Below, piece by piece: positions 9,380 to 19,166 of a DNA stretch of 64,000 nucleotides. This DNA is from Actinomycetota bacterium (GTDB taxonomy: Bacteria; Actinomycetota; UBA4738; HRBIN12), in the NCBI GenBank assembly GCA_035512775.1, contig DATKDI010000024.1:18077-82076 (forward strand). Reading direction: 5' to 3'. Numbering within the stretch: position 1 is the stretch's first letter; the number at the start of each line of letters is the position of its first letter. The notes under the pieces were generated by a model, which made no database searches, was not told the origin of the DNA, and saw only the letters and a program-made list of their open reading frames with translations. The position numbers and the translations under genes were made by a program.

Positions 9380-10153
9380 CTACTTCGGGACCGAGGGCGA
9401 CGGCGTCAGCCGCGACATCGTCGCCGGCTCGACGTACGCGATCTCGGCGCCGGGCGAGCGATCGAGGACCGCCTTGGCCCGGGCGTACATCTCGTCCTGC
9501 CGGCGCACGAGCGTCTCCTCCTTCTCCTCGGGATCGTAGGCGCCGGCCACCGCCCAGTGATCCCTGAGCTCCTTCACCGATGAGGCGTGGGTGCGCAGCT
9601 CGAGCCTGCGACGCTCGTCGATCGCGAACACCCCTCGCCCGACGACCGTCGCGACCGCTGCCTCCGCATGCCGGAGGTCGTCCTCGTAGTCGAACCCGGG
9701 ATCGTCCTCCGAGAAGAGCAGCTCCCCGTTCGACCTGATCTCGACGGATGGGACCTCGAGGGCGGGATGGACCTCGATCAGCGATCCGGCTGGCCTTAGC
9801 AACCGGTGGATCTCCTCAAGGGCATGGACCATGCCCTCGTGCTCCATTCAGCAGAGCGACCAGGACAGCAGCGCCACGTCGAAGACGTCGGCGTCGCTGG
9901 CGGCGGCGAATCCCTCGAAGGTGATGTTGCGGAACTCGATCCGCTCGTTCGGCGCTTCCGAGAGCCGCTTCTGCGCCCTCGCGATCGAGTCCGCGAAGGG
10001 CTCGATCGCCGTCACGTGGGCGGCTCGGTCCGCGTAGCGCCACGTGAGGCGGCCGTCGCCGCACCCGATCTCCAGGACCTCGCGTCCCTCCAGCTCGACG
10101 AGTTCGAACAGCGCGTCGGTCTCGTTGCCTTCGGGATCGGTCCGGATGGTCAA
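9380..10153 (-). pseudogene. Class I SAM-dependent methyltransferase interrupted by an in-frame TGA.
   Basis: Motif I LEIGCGDGRLT. The reading frame is ...ALLSWSLC-TGA-MEHEGMVHALEEIHRLLRPAGSL, i.e. post-motif II continuity across a TGA at 9845-9847 (plus-strand tca). Possibly a TGG to TGA change, or a consensus error. Confidence 0.55.
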
Positions 10154-10231
10154 GGCACGACCCTACCGCCCTGAGCTCCGCCCTGGGTTCACCGGTCCGC
10201 GACGACCTCCAGGCGTAGAGTCCAGCCGAGG

Positions 10232-11521
10232 ATGGACGCGGCGAAGTCACGCACAGGAGCGTTCCGGCGGCTCATCGAGATCGGCTCTCAGCCCGAGGAC
10301 GACGAGGCCGAATCGCTTCGGAAGCGGGTTCTTGTCCTCGCGGCGAGCATCATCACCGGGCTCGCGACGGTCTGGGTCGTCAGCTACGCACTGATGGGGC
10401 TATACGTATCGGCGCTGATCCCGTTCACGTACCAGGTCGCCTCCGTCGCGAACCTCGCGGTCTTCGCCAGGACGAAGCGATACCGCCTGTTCAGGTTCAG
10501 CGAGCTCGCCCTCAGCCTGATGTTGCCGTTCCTGCTGCAGCTCAGCCTCGGCGGCTTCTTCCCGTCCAGCGCGGTCGTCCTGTGGTCGTTCACGGCGCCG
10601 CTCGGCGCGCTCCTGTTCGCGGGTCGACGTTCCGCCGCCCGGTGGTTCCTGGCCTTCCTCGGCGTGGTCGCGGCTGCGGCGCTGCTCGATCCGATCGTCC
10701 CCGACCGGACCGCGATGATCCCCGACTGGGTGATCGTCCTGTTCTTCGCCAACAACATCCTGGGAGTGACGGGAACGAGCTACCTGCTGCTCTCGTACTT
10801 CGTCCGCGAGCGCGATCGTGCCGCCGAGACCCTCGCTGCCGAGCGGGAGCGGTCCGAGCGACTGTTGTTGAACGTGTTGCCGGAGCCGATCGCGGCACGG
10901 CTCAAGAGCGGAGAGCCGCTGATCGCCGACGGTATCCCCGAGGTAGGAGTCCTGTTCGCGGACATCGCCGGCTTCACGCCGATGGCGGAACGGATCACGC
11001 CCCACGAGGTGGTCCGGCTGCTCGACCGGATCTTCAGCCGGTTCGACGCTCTCGCGCTCGAGCACGGCCTGGAGAAGATCAAGACGATCGGCGACGCGTA
11101 CATGGTGGCGTCGGGATTGCTCGAACCACGGCGGGACCACGCGGAGGATCTCGCTCGCATGGCGCTGGCGATGCAGGACGAGGTCCGGCGGTTCGACGCG
11201 CTCGAGCTCCGGATCGGCATCGACATCGGGCCGGTCGTCGCGGGCGTGATCGGCCAGCGGAAGTTCAGCTACGACCTGTGGGGCGACACCGTGAACACGG
11301 CGAGCCGGATGGAGTCGCACGGCGTCATCGGGGGCATCCACGTCACCGAGCGCGCCCGGAGGCGGCTCGCCGACGCGTTCGACTTCGAGAGCCGCGGCGT
11401 GATCGACGTCAAGAGCAAGGGACCGATGACGACGTACCTCCTCGTCGGAGCGCGGCCGTCCGGTGACGAGGCGCGCTCGTCCGTCTCGACAGGCGAGCGC
11501 CACCCGGGAACGACCGACTGA
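10232..11521 (+). CDS. Membrane-anchored class III adenylate/guanylate cyclase.
   Basis: About six N-terminal TM helices followed by a CHD domain (VLFADIAGFTPMAE, KTIGDAYMVASGL, WGDTVNTASRMES). Confidence 0.8.
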   Translation: MDAAKSRTGAFRRLIEIGSQPEDDEAESLRKRVLVLAASIITGLATVWVVSYALMGLYVSALIPFTYQVASVANLAVFARTKRYRLFRFSELALSLMLPFLLQLSLGGFFPSSAVVLWSFTAPLGALLFAGRRSAARWFLAFLGVVAAAALLDPIVPDRTAMIPDWVIVLFFANNILGVTGTSYLLLSYFVRERDRAAETLAAERERSERLLLNVLPEPIAARLKSGEPLIADGIPEVGVLFADIAGFTPMAERITPHEVVRLLDRIFSRFDALALEHGLEKIKTIGDAYMVASGLLEPRRDHAEDLARMALAMQDEVRRFDALELRIGIDIGPVVAGVIGQRKFSYDLWGDTVNTASRMESHGVIGGIHVTERARRRLADAFDFESRGVIDVKSKGPMTTYLLVGARPSGDEARSSVSTGERHPGTTD

Positions 11522-11582
11522 GGCGAGATGACCACCTCGGAGCTCGAGCGAACTGCGACCCGGGCTGACCTAGACTCGCCCC

Positions 11583-14500
11583 ATGGCGGTGTGTACCTCC
11601 TGCGGAACCGTCAATGCGTCGGATGCGAGCTACTGCTCGAAGTGCGGCTCGGCGCTCGAGCCGCCCACATCCCCGGCAGAGGAGGTCCGCAAGACCGTCA
11701 CCGTCCTGTTCTGCGACGTCACCGGGTCGACGGAGCTCGGTGAGCAGCTCGACCCGGAGTCGATGCGGAAGGTCATGGGGCGCTACTTCGACGGCATGCG
11801 GGCCGAGATCGAGCGCCACGGTGGCACGGTCGAGAAGTTCATCGGGGACGCGGTGGTGGCCGTGTTCGGGATCCCCACGCTCCACGAGGACGACGCCCTG
11901 CGCGCAGTTCGAGCGGCAGGAGCCATGCGCATCGCGCTCAGAGAGCTCAACAAGGAGCTCGAGCGCGACTTCGGCGTGCGCCTCGCGGCCCGCATCGGGG
12001 TCAACACCGGCGAGGTCCTCGTCGGACCGGAGTCGGCCGAGTTCGGCCGCGTGACCGGGGACCCGGTCAACACCGCGGCTCGGCTCGAAGCCGCGGCGCA
12101 GCCGAACGAGATCCTCATCGGTGGCGACACGTACCGGCTCGTCCGCGAGGTCGTGGAGGCCGAGCCCCTCCAGCCGCTCTCCCTGAAGGGCAAGGCCGAG
12201 CCGGTCCCCGCCTACCGGTTGCTCGGCGCTCCGGTCGGGACCGCGCCGCCGCCACGAGCGTTCACATCCCCGATGGTGGGACGTGAGCGTGAGCTCGACG
12301 ACCTCCTCCGGGCGTTCGAGCGCGCGGTGCAGGATCGCACGGCCCTGCTGTTCACCCTGCTGGGGTCGGCCGGAGCGGGGAAGTCGAGGCTGGCCGAAGA
12401 GTTCCTGGAGCGGGTCGGCGGATCGGCCGAGGTCGTCGTCGGTAAGTGCCTGCCGTATGGCGAAGGGATCACCTACTGGCCGGTGGCGCAGGCCCTCCGG
12501 ACGGTGCTCGACGTCCACGACTTCGACGAGCCGGAGGAGGTCCTGGCTCGTCTGGGGCGCATCCTCGAGGGACACGAGCACGCGAACGCCGTGTCGGCGC
12601 GCATCGCCGAGCTCCTCGGGATCGCCGAAGGCCACGCTTCACCGGAAGAGATCGCGTGGGCCATCCGTCGGTTCCTGGAGATCCTCGCGACCGACCGGGC
12701 GGTGATCGCGGTGTGGGAGGACATCCACTGGGCCGAGCCGGCGTTCCTCGATGCGATCGACCACGTCGCGGACTGGGCCCACGACGCGCCGATCATGCTG
12801 CTGTGCACCGCCCGGCCCGAGTTCATCGACGGGCGGCCCTCATGGGGCGCCGGGAAGCTGAGGGCATCGGCCCTGTCGCTGCCGCCCCTCGACACGGGAA
12901 CGTCCGCGGAGCTGATCACGAACCTCCTCGGCGGCGCTCGGCTGCCACCTGACGCGACCGATCGTGTCATGGAGGCTGGCGGCGGCAATCCGCTCTTCGT
13001 CGAGCAGATGGTCTCGATGCTGATCGACGACGGCCTCGTCGTCCGGAACAACGGCGGATGGAGACCCACCGGCGACCTGTCGACGGTCGCCGTCCCGCCG
13101 ACGGTCGCGGCCCTGCTGGCCGCCCGGCTGGACCGGCTCACGGGAGAGGAGCGGCAGGCGATCGGAGCCGCCTCGGTGATCGGCAAGGTGTTCTATCTCG
13201 GCGCCGTTCGCGACCTCCTCCCCGAGTCGCTTGGCGAGCAGGCCCGACCGCTCGTCCTCTCGCTGGTGCGGAAGGAGCTCGTCCGGGAAACGCGCTCGAC
13301 GATCCCCGGCGAAGACGCCTTCGAGTTCCGACACATCCTGATCCGCGACGCCGCCTACGCCGCGATCCCCAAGGAGCGGCGCGCCGACCAGCACCGCGGG
13401 TTCGCCGAGTGGGGGCTGCGCATCGCCGGCGAGCGGGTCGAGGAGCAGGAGGAGATCGTCGGCTACCACCTCGAGCAGGCCTTCCGGTACCGCGAGGCGT
13501 TGGGGCCGCTCGACGACGACGCCCGGAGCCTCGCGAAGGAGGCGTCGGCCACGCTCGAGGACGCGGGGATGCGCGCGTTCGATCGGCCAGACATGTTCGC
13601 TGCGGCGAACCTCCTCGGCAGGGCGGAGGCACTCCTCGAGCCGGACGATGCCCGGCGGGTCGGGCTCCTGCCTTCGCTCGCGTACGCCCTCTTCGAGACG
13701 GGCCGGCTCGACGAGATACGCGACATGATCGACGAGGCGGAGGCGCGAGCGGGATCGCTCGGCGATCCGACGGCACTCGCGCATGCGTCGATCGCTCGCT
13801 GGTCGCTGGTGGAGGGACCGGCACACCGCCACTCGGCGAGGGAGGACGCGACCGCGGCGGTCCGCGTGTTCGAGTCGGCACGCGACGAGCGCGGGCTCGC
13901 CCGAGCGTGGAACCTGATCGCGAGGATCGAATGGGACCTGGGCCAGGGGGGGCCCCAGCTGCAAGCTATCTCGCGGGCGCTACAGCACGCGCGACGCGCG
14001 TTGGCCGGCTACGAGGAACACGAGGCGCTGCTGGAATTCACGGCGGCGCTCGTCCGCGGGCCGACGCCCGTGTCTGAGGGCATCGCGCGGGCGGAGGCGA
14101 CGATCGAGGAGTACGCGTCCAGCCGCGAGGTGGAGGCGATCATGTGCCACGGGCTGGCTCACCTGCGGGCGCGACTCGGCGGCTTCGACGCGGCGCGCGA
14201 GGCGATCGACCGGTACCGGTCGTACCTGTCCGACACCGGGCAGACCGTCAGTCATCTGCGGTCCGTGGAGGTCGTGTTCGACATCGAGATGCTCGCGGGC
14301 GAGGCCGAGCGCGCGTGCGATGCACTCGAGCGGGCATGGGAGTCGATGGCCGCGATCGGCGATCGATGGCCTTACCTCTCGGCGTTCCTGGGGCAGGGAC
14401 GCTACGCGGTCGGTCGGTACTCGGAGGCCCGGGACGCCGCGGCCTTCGCCGCCGAACACGGCGACGCGATCGAGGGGTCGTTGGGTCTCGGCGTGATGGC

Positions 14501-14750
14501 GAAGGTCGCCGCGAGGGATCGGGACGCCGAGCGAGCCGAGGCGACGATCCGTGAGGCGGTCGAACGCGTGGACCGGACCGACTTCCTGTTCGATCGAGGA
14601 ACGGTCCATGCGGACCGAGGCGAGACGATGCGACTCCTCGGACGCGAGGACGAGGCGGCCCTCGCGTTCGACGAGGCGACCAGGCTCTTCGATCTGAAGG
14701 GTGACCGCGTCTCGGCCGACCGGATCCGCGCCCTTCGCGACGGACGCTAG
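11583..14750 (+). CDS. Large signal-transduction STAND protein: Zn-ribbon, adenylate/guanylate cyclase domain, AAA/NB-ARC-type ATPase and TPR-like repeats.
   Basis: CxxC..CxxC at the N-terminus. CHD motifs VTVLFCDVTGST and KFIGDAVVAVFG. Walker A GSAGAGKS. A long helical repeat C-terminus. 1055 aa. It is a paralogue of 56295-59099. Confidence 0.8.
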   Translation: MAVCTSCGTVNASDASYCSKCGSALEPPTSPAEEVRKTVTVLFCDVTGSTELGEQLDPESMRKVMGRYFDGMRAEIERHGGTVEKFIGDAVVAVFGIPTLHEDDALRAVRAAGAMRIALRELNKELERDFGVRLAARIGVNTGEVLVGPESAEFGRVTGDPVNTAARLEAAAQPNEILIGGDTYRLVREVVEAEPLQPLSLKGKAEPVPAYRLLGAPVGTAPPPRAFTSPMVGRERELDDLLRAFERAVQDRTALLFTLLGSAGAGKSRLAEEFLERVGGSAEVVVGKCLPYGEGITYWPVAQALRTVLDVHDFDEPEEVLARLGRILEGHEHANAVSARIAELLGIAEGHASPEEIAWAIRRFLEILATDRAVIAVWEDIHWAEPAFLDAIDHVADWAHDAPIMLLCTARPEFIDGRPSWGAGKLRASALSLPPLDTGTSAELITNLLGGARLPPDATDRVMEAGGGNPLFVEQMVSMLIDDGLVVRNNGGWRPTGDLSTVAVPPTVAALLAARLDRLTGEERQAIGAASVIGKVFYLGAVRDLLPESLGEQARPLVLSLVRKELVRETRSTIPGEDAFEFRHILIRDAAYAAIPKERRADQHRGFAEWGLRIAGERVEEQEEIVGYHLEQAFRYREALGPLDDDARSLAKEASATLEDAGMRAFDRPDMFAAANLLGRAEALLEPDDARRVGLLPSLAYALFETGRLDEIRDMIDEAEARAGSLGDPTALAHASIARWSLVEGPAHRHSAREDATAAVRVFESARDERGLARAWNLIARIEWDLGQGGPQLQAISRALQHARRALAGYEEHEALLEFTAALVRGPTPVSEGIARAEATIEEYASSREVEAIMCHGLAHLRARLGGFDAAREAIDRYRSYLSDTGQTVSHLRSVEVVFDIEMLAGEAERACDALERAWESMAAIGDRWPYLSAFLGQGRYAVGRYSEARDAAAFAAEHGDAIEGSLGLGVMAKVAARDRDAERAEATIREAVERVDRTDFLFDRGTVHADRGETMRLLGREDEAALAFDEATRLFDLKGDRVSADRIRALRDGR

Positions 14751-14946
14751 ACGAGGAGGGGCCTGGCCACCCGGGTCGATGCTCAAGCCGATCCGCCCGG
14801 TCCTCAGCACACTGCTCGACACGAGAGGGTCGTCCCGCTCGAGTCGAGCCTCCCGCACCTGTCCTCGACCGTAGCGCGGGATGGATATCCACTGGTCGGG
14901 GGATGGCACGGGTCGCAGAACCCGGTACGGTCGGCCACCGGGACGG

Positions 14947-15504
14947 ATGCCGATCGGAGACGACTTCCCGCAGGTCCTTGCCGCCGCCCGGCTGGGAGCC
15001 GAGTGGGCGTGGACCGCGCTGTACCGGGACCTGGTGCCGTCGGTCCGCGGCTACCTCCGAGCGCGCGGAGCGATCGAGCCGGACGATCTGCTCGGCGAAG
15101 TCTTCCTCCAGCTCGTCCGCGACCTCGGCAGGTTCGAGGGCGACGAGCGGGATTTCCGCACGTGGGTGTTCACGGTCGTCCATCACCGCCTGATCGACGA
15201 CCGCCGGCGGCGGAGCCGCCGGCCGGTCGAGGCCTCACCGGACGAGGTGCTCGAGGCGTTCGGAGAGCTCGGCGACGTCGAGGATGAGGCGATCGCCGGC
15301 CTCACGGCCGCTCGTGTTCGGCAGCTCGTCGGCAGGCTATCCCCCGAGCAACAGGACGTGCTTCTCCTGCGCCTGTTCGGCGACCTGGCGACCGAAGAGG
15401 TCGCCTCGATCGTGGGCAAGCGCCCAGGGGCCGTGAAGGCGCTCCTTCGACGAGGCCTCGCCTCGCTCAGGAGGGAGATGTCCAGGGAGGGCGTATCCAT
15501 CTGA
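14947..15504 (+). CDS. ECF (sigma-70 family) RNA polymerase sigma factor.
   Basis: Region-2-like LGEVFLQLVRDLGRFEGDERDFRTWVFTVVHHRLID and region-4 HTH VLLLRLFGDLATEEVASIVGKRPGAVKALLRRG. The stop overlaps the next ATG (ATGA at 15501-15506). Confidence 0.8.
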   Translation: MPIGDDFPQVLAAARLGAEWAWTALYRDLVPSVRGYLRARGAIEPDDLLGEVFLQLVRDLGRFEGDERDFRTWVFTVVHHRLIDDRRRRSRRPVEASPDEVLEAFGELGDVEDEAIAGLTAARVRQLVGRLSPEQQDVLLLRLFGDLATEEVASIVGKRPGAVKALLRRGLASLRREMSREGVSI

Positions 15505-16403
15505 TGCAGCCGGACGCTTACCAAGACGATATGGCCCGCTTCCTTCGCATGAGTGACGAGGACGTCCAGCGTCTCTTCCGCGGACTCCCCCCGGGGCGCG
15601 ATGAGGACCTGCGTGACCTCGCCGACTTCCTGGCGGATGCCACCCAGGCCCTCTCGCGCCCGCCGCGGAACGATGTGGAAGCCGGGCACCTAGCGCTCAT
15701 CGCGGAGGCCGTCCGGCCTCCATCCGACGAGGCCCTGGCACCGACCCCCGCCGCGACCAGCGCGGGGACGCCGATGGCCCGGTCCACCGAGAGGAGAGGC
15801 CCCATGCGTCTACGCACCGTCCGTTGGGCAGTCAAGGTCGCCGTCGCCACCGCATCCGTCGTGTTGATGACGGCGACGCTCGCGTTCGCCGGCGTGGATC
15901 TGCCCGGCACCGCAGCCGAGACCGCCTTCCTGAAGGTCTTCGGGGTCGACCTTCCGAATCAGGCCGACGAGCATGCCGGCGCCGTTCCGGAGGAGCTGCC
16001 GGAAGCCGCCGCCGACACAGCGCTGGCCGTCCTGGCCGTGATCAGAGAGTGGCGCTCCGGCTTGGAGTGGAGTGGATGTGAGTTCGGTGCGCGTGTCTCG
16101 GCGGCGGCTCGGGGGCTCGAGGGTGAACCCGACACGTCCCACTGCGCCGGTTCTGACGGGGGTGGCTCGGATGCTGCCGGTGGCTCGGAGAACGCCTCGC
16201 ACGCCGACGAGGGCCTCGAGACGGCCGACGAAGCATCCGGCGGCGCGGCGTCCGGCGGCGCGAGCAACGCCGACGACGGCCTCGGGACCGCGGACGGGGC
16301 GTCGGATGGCGCCGGGTCTGACGGATTGAGCAACGCCGACGACGGCCTCGGAACCGCGGACGGGGCGTCGGATGGCGCCACCGGCGGAGTGGGCGGCCCT
16401 TAA
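15504..16403 (+). CDS. Putative anti-sigma factor: membrane protein with a C-terminal acidic Gly/Asp/Ala-rich tandem-repeat region.
   Basis: Translationally coupled to the ECF sigma gene. One TM segment (AVKVAVATASVVLMTATLAFAGV). The C-terminus contains three copies of a 22-aa repeat (SNADDGLGTADGASDGAGSDGL). Confidence 0.6.
   Translation: MQPDAYQDDMARFLRMSDEDVQRLFRGLPPGRDEDLRDLADFLADATQALSRPPRNDVEAGHLALIAEAVRPPSDEALAPTPAATSAGTPMARSTERRGPMRLRTVRWAVKVAVATASVVLMTATLAFAGVDLPGTAAETAFLKVFGVDLPNQADEHAGAVPEELPEAAADTALAVLAVIREWRSGLEWSGCEFGARVSAAARGLEGEPDTSHCAGSDGGGSDAAGGSENASHADEGLETADEASGGAASGGASNADDGLGTADGASDGAGSDGLSNADDGLGTADGASDGATGGVGGP
16196..16393 (+). repeat. 66-bp tandem repeat, two near-identical units plus one diverged unit, inside the anti-sigma gene.
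   Basis: Units at 16262-16327 and 16328-16393 (gagcaacgccgacgacggcctcgg[g/a]accgcggacggggcgtcggatggcgcc...). A diverged unit lies at 16196-16261. Confidence 0.8.
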
Positions 16404-16439
16404 GGGTTCCTCGGTTCCTCCTATCCGAGCGCGTCGTTA

Positions 16440-16682
16440 GGGGCACCTGAGCTACGTCTGGCGCGATCTGCTCCAGGAGGCGCCGGATCCTGGCGTCGAG
16501 CTCGTCGCGGATCGGCCGTACCTGCTCGAGCGTCTTCCCGGCGGGATCTTCGAGCTCCCGGTCCTCGTACCGCTTCCCCGGGTAGATCGGGCACGCGTGC
16601 CCGCTCCCCATCGTGATCACGACGTCGGACGCCCGAACGGATCCGTCCGTGAGCAGCTTCGCGGCTCCAGCGTGCCGGGAAA
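16440..16682 (-). pseudogene. arsC: Arsenate reductase (LMW-PTP/ArsC family), C-terminal fragment only.
   Basis: LLTDGSVRASDVVITMGSGHACPIYPGKRYEDRELEDPAGKTLEQVRPIRDELDARIRRLLEQI matches the C-terminal half of thioredoxin-type ArsC. The frame is closed by a TAG immediately upstream (16683-16685), abutting DinB-repeat copy 2. The listed ORF's extension down to 16042 is an artefact. Confidence 0.6.
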
Positions 16683-16742
16683 GCTATCGGCCGGCGCCTC
16701 CGAGGCCTGACGGACGTCACGACCCGCGCCTAGGGTCGGGGC

Positions 16743-17257
16743 GTGGCGACGATCCGACCCCCGTACAGCACGTGGCCCCTGTACAACTCGCGCTTCCGCG
16801 ACGCCGTCCGCGGGATGACCGAGGAGCAGCTCGCGATCCAGCCGACGCCGGAGCGATGGCCGCTCTGGGCGAGCGTCGGCCACATGGCCTGTCAGCGCGT
16901 GTTCTGGCTCTCTGTGACTTCGCCGGCGAACCCGGCGCCGAGACGACGCCGTTCACGAACGCCGGATACGACTGTCCCCGGGACGACGACCCTCGAACAC
17001 GTGCTCAGCGGCGAAGCGCTGGCCGAGGCACTCGACTAGACGTTCCGCATCATCGAGGGCTTCTTGACCGATGGACGATCGACGACCTCGAGGAAGAGCT
17101 GCGCCGCCCCGAGTGGGACGGCTCCTGGAACCACACCCGCGGCTGGGTGATCCAGCGGGTCTTCACCCATGACATCTGGCACGCGGCCGAGATGAACGAG
17201 TCCCTCGGGCACGACGGCCTGCCGCAGATCGACCTCTGGTCGTCGCCTAGATCGTGA
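16743..17257 (+). pseudogene. DinB-family protein, copy 2, with multiple lesions.
   Basis: About 94% DNA identity to 3407-3908. Relative to copy 1 it carries +ct (ctggctctCTgtgac), +c in ccccgggacgacgaccctcg, an in-frame TAG (cactcgacTAGacg) and -c (ggcttcttgacc). Confidence 0.7.
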
Positions 17258-18220
17258 TGACGATCTTGCCGGCGGCGTGTCCTTCCTCGAGGTACCGGAT
17301 CGCGTCCGGGGCCTCGATCAGCGGGTAGGTGCGGTCGATCACCGGGATGAGCGTGCCGGCGTCGATCAGCTCCGCGAGGGTGACGAGGTCCTCGTGCTTG
17401 ACCTTCGAGGCCAGCCCGCGGAGCTTCTGACCCACGAGCAGGGACACCAGCGGCGCTCGCAGCACGCCGCGGAAGAAGCCACCGGTCCAGCGTCCACCTC
17501 CGTCGCCACCCACGATCACGAGGGTTCCCTTCGCGGTGAGTGCGCGGCGCAGCTCCGACAGCGGACGACGGCCGGCGGTGTCGACGATCACGTCCCAGCG
17601 TCGCGCGCCGTTCGCGAAGTCCTCGCGCGTGTAGTCGATCACGTCGTCTGCCCCGATCGAGCGGATCAGGTCCATCTTCGAGGTGCTGCCGACGCCGGTG
17701 ACGGCCGCGCCGTACGACTTGGCGATCTGCACCAGGAGTGAGCCCACCCCCCGGCCGCACCGACGACCAGGACGTTCTGCCCCGGCTGCACCTTCCCGAT
17801 GTCACGTACAGCTCGCAGGGCGGTGGTACCGGAGATCGGCACCGCGGCCGCCTGCTCGAAGGTGAGGTTCGCGGGCTTGAGGACCAACTTGTCCGGGCGG
17901 GCGATCACGTGCTCGGCGAAGGAGCCGCCTTCGGAGGCGCCCATCACCTCGTCGCCGGGCCGGAGGCCGGTCACGTTCGCGCCGACCGCTTCGACGGTTC
18001 CCGCGACGTCCCAGCCCCGGACGTTGAGCTTCGGTCGGCGGAGGCCGATCGCGGGGCGCGCCATGTACGGCATGCCGGTCATCAGGTGCCACACGTCGGG
18101 GCCGCAGCCCGCCGCGTGCACCCGGACGAGCACGTCGCCCTCGCCGACCTTTGGCTCGTCGATGTCTCGGAACTCCAAGACGTCTGCCGAGCCGTATCGA
18201 TCCTGCACGATGGCCTTCAT
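17247..18220 (-). pseudogene. Zinc-type alcohol dehydrogenase/quinone-oxidoreductase (MDR family) with a -1 frameshift in a G-homopolymer.
   Basis: N-terminal part MKAIVQDRYGSADVLEF...VLVVGAAGG. C-terminal part in another frame (VGSLLVQIAKSYGAAVTGV...). The run G7 has become G6 at about 17745-17750 (plus-strand cccccc). An intact paralogue lies at 20280-21332. Confidence 0.6.
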
Positions 18221-18253
18221 CCGGATCCCCTCCCTTGCCCAGGATGTTCCTGT

Positions 18254-18302
18254 GTGTACGCCGTACACTTCGGGGGGTGGAGACTACGTGTACGGCGTAC
18301 AC
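18254..18302. promoter_or_regulatory. Two 15-bp palindromic TetR-type operator candidates (GTGTACGCCGTACAC at 18254-18268, GTGTACGGCGTACAC at 18288-18302) in the divergent intergenic region.
   Basis: The two sites are exact reverse complements of each other and each is near-palindromic. They lie between the divergently transcribed ADH pseudogene and the TetR gene. Confidence 0.5.
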
Positions 18303-18339
18303 TTGTCAACCGGGGGAGAGGCTGCGGAGGTGTGACGGT

Positions 18340-19023
18340 ATGAGCACCGATATCGAGCTCGGGGCAGAAACCCGGATACCCCTGACCAGGGAACGGGTGC
18401 TGCGCACCGCGGTCGACCTGGCCGATCAGGGAGGCATCGAGGCGCTCAGCATGCGGAAGCTCGCGCAGGCACTCGACGTCGTCCCGATGGCGCTCTACCG
18501 GCACGTGGCCAACAAGGAAGAGCTCCTGAACGGCTTGATCGACGTCGTCGTCGATGAGATCGACCCGCCGCTCGAGGGAGCCGATTGGAAGACGGCGGTC
18601 CGAGCGAGGATCCTCTCGGCTCGGCAAGCCCTCCTCCGCCATCCGTGGGCGTCCCGGGTGATGGAGTCGCGGACCGTGCCGACCCCCACTGTCCTCGCGT
18701 ACATGGACTCGATGATCGGGATGTTCCGGGCCGGGGGGTTCTCGATTGACCTCACCCACCACGCCATGCACACGATGGGCAGTCGCCTGATGGGGTTCGC
18801 GCAGGAGTTGTTCAACGACAGCGGCGATGCGGACCAGGAGATGGAGGCGGAGTTCTACGAGGCGATGGCCGCCATGTACCCCTCGATCTACGAGCTCTAC
18901 CTGACGGTCGTCCACGACGACTCCACGACCGTCGGTCCCGGATGCGACGACCAGTTCGAGTTCGAGTTCGCCCTCGACCTGGTGCTCGACGGCTTGGAGA
19001 AGCTCAAAGACCGACACGCTTGA
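18340..19023 (+). CDS. TetR/AcrR-family transcriptional regulator.
   Basis: N-terminal HTH RVLRTAVDLADQGGIEALSMRKLAQALDVVPMALYRHVANKEELL. 227 aa. Confidence 0.8.
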   Translation: MSTDIELGAETRIPLTRERVLRTAVDLADQGGIEALSMRKLAQALDVVPMALYRHVANKEELLNGLIDVVVDEIDPPLEGADWKTAVRARILSARQALLRHPWASRVMESRTVPTPTVLAYMDSMIGMFRAGGFSIDLTHHAMHTMGSRLMGFAQELFNDSGDADQEMEAEFYEAMAAMYPSIYELYLTVVHDDSTTVGPGCDDQFEFEFALDLVLDGLEKLKDRHA

Positions 19024-19166
19024 TCCCCGGCGGCAGGACTACGGAGAGCTCACCGGGAGGGTGTCGCTGGCTGGAGTACGAGCGGTACCAGACGAGGACC
19101 ACTCGCGAGATCCCCGCGGTCATCCTCGAGCGGCTCGAGGACGCCGCCTCGAAGTAGCATCGCGAC

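Noticed and set aside
9845-9847. The TGA in the methyltransferase as a selenocysteine or programmed recoding site.
   Set aside because: No SECIS-like hairpin immediately downstream. A Cys/Trp position in a class I methyltransferase is not a known Sec site. A nonsense mutation or a consensus error is more parsimonious.
14881-14946. A longer N-terminus for the ECF sigma factor (MDIHWSGDG...).
   Set aside because: Sigma region-2 homology begins after the internal Met at 14947. The upstream part is Arg/Gly-rich.
16042-16439. Extension of the arsC-fragment ORF down to 16042, which would overlap the anti-sigma gene.
   Set aside because: ArsC homology ends near 16440. The remainder is Arg-rich junk antisense to the tandem-repeat region.
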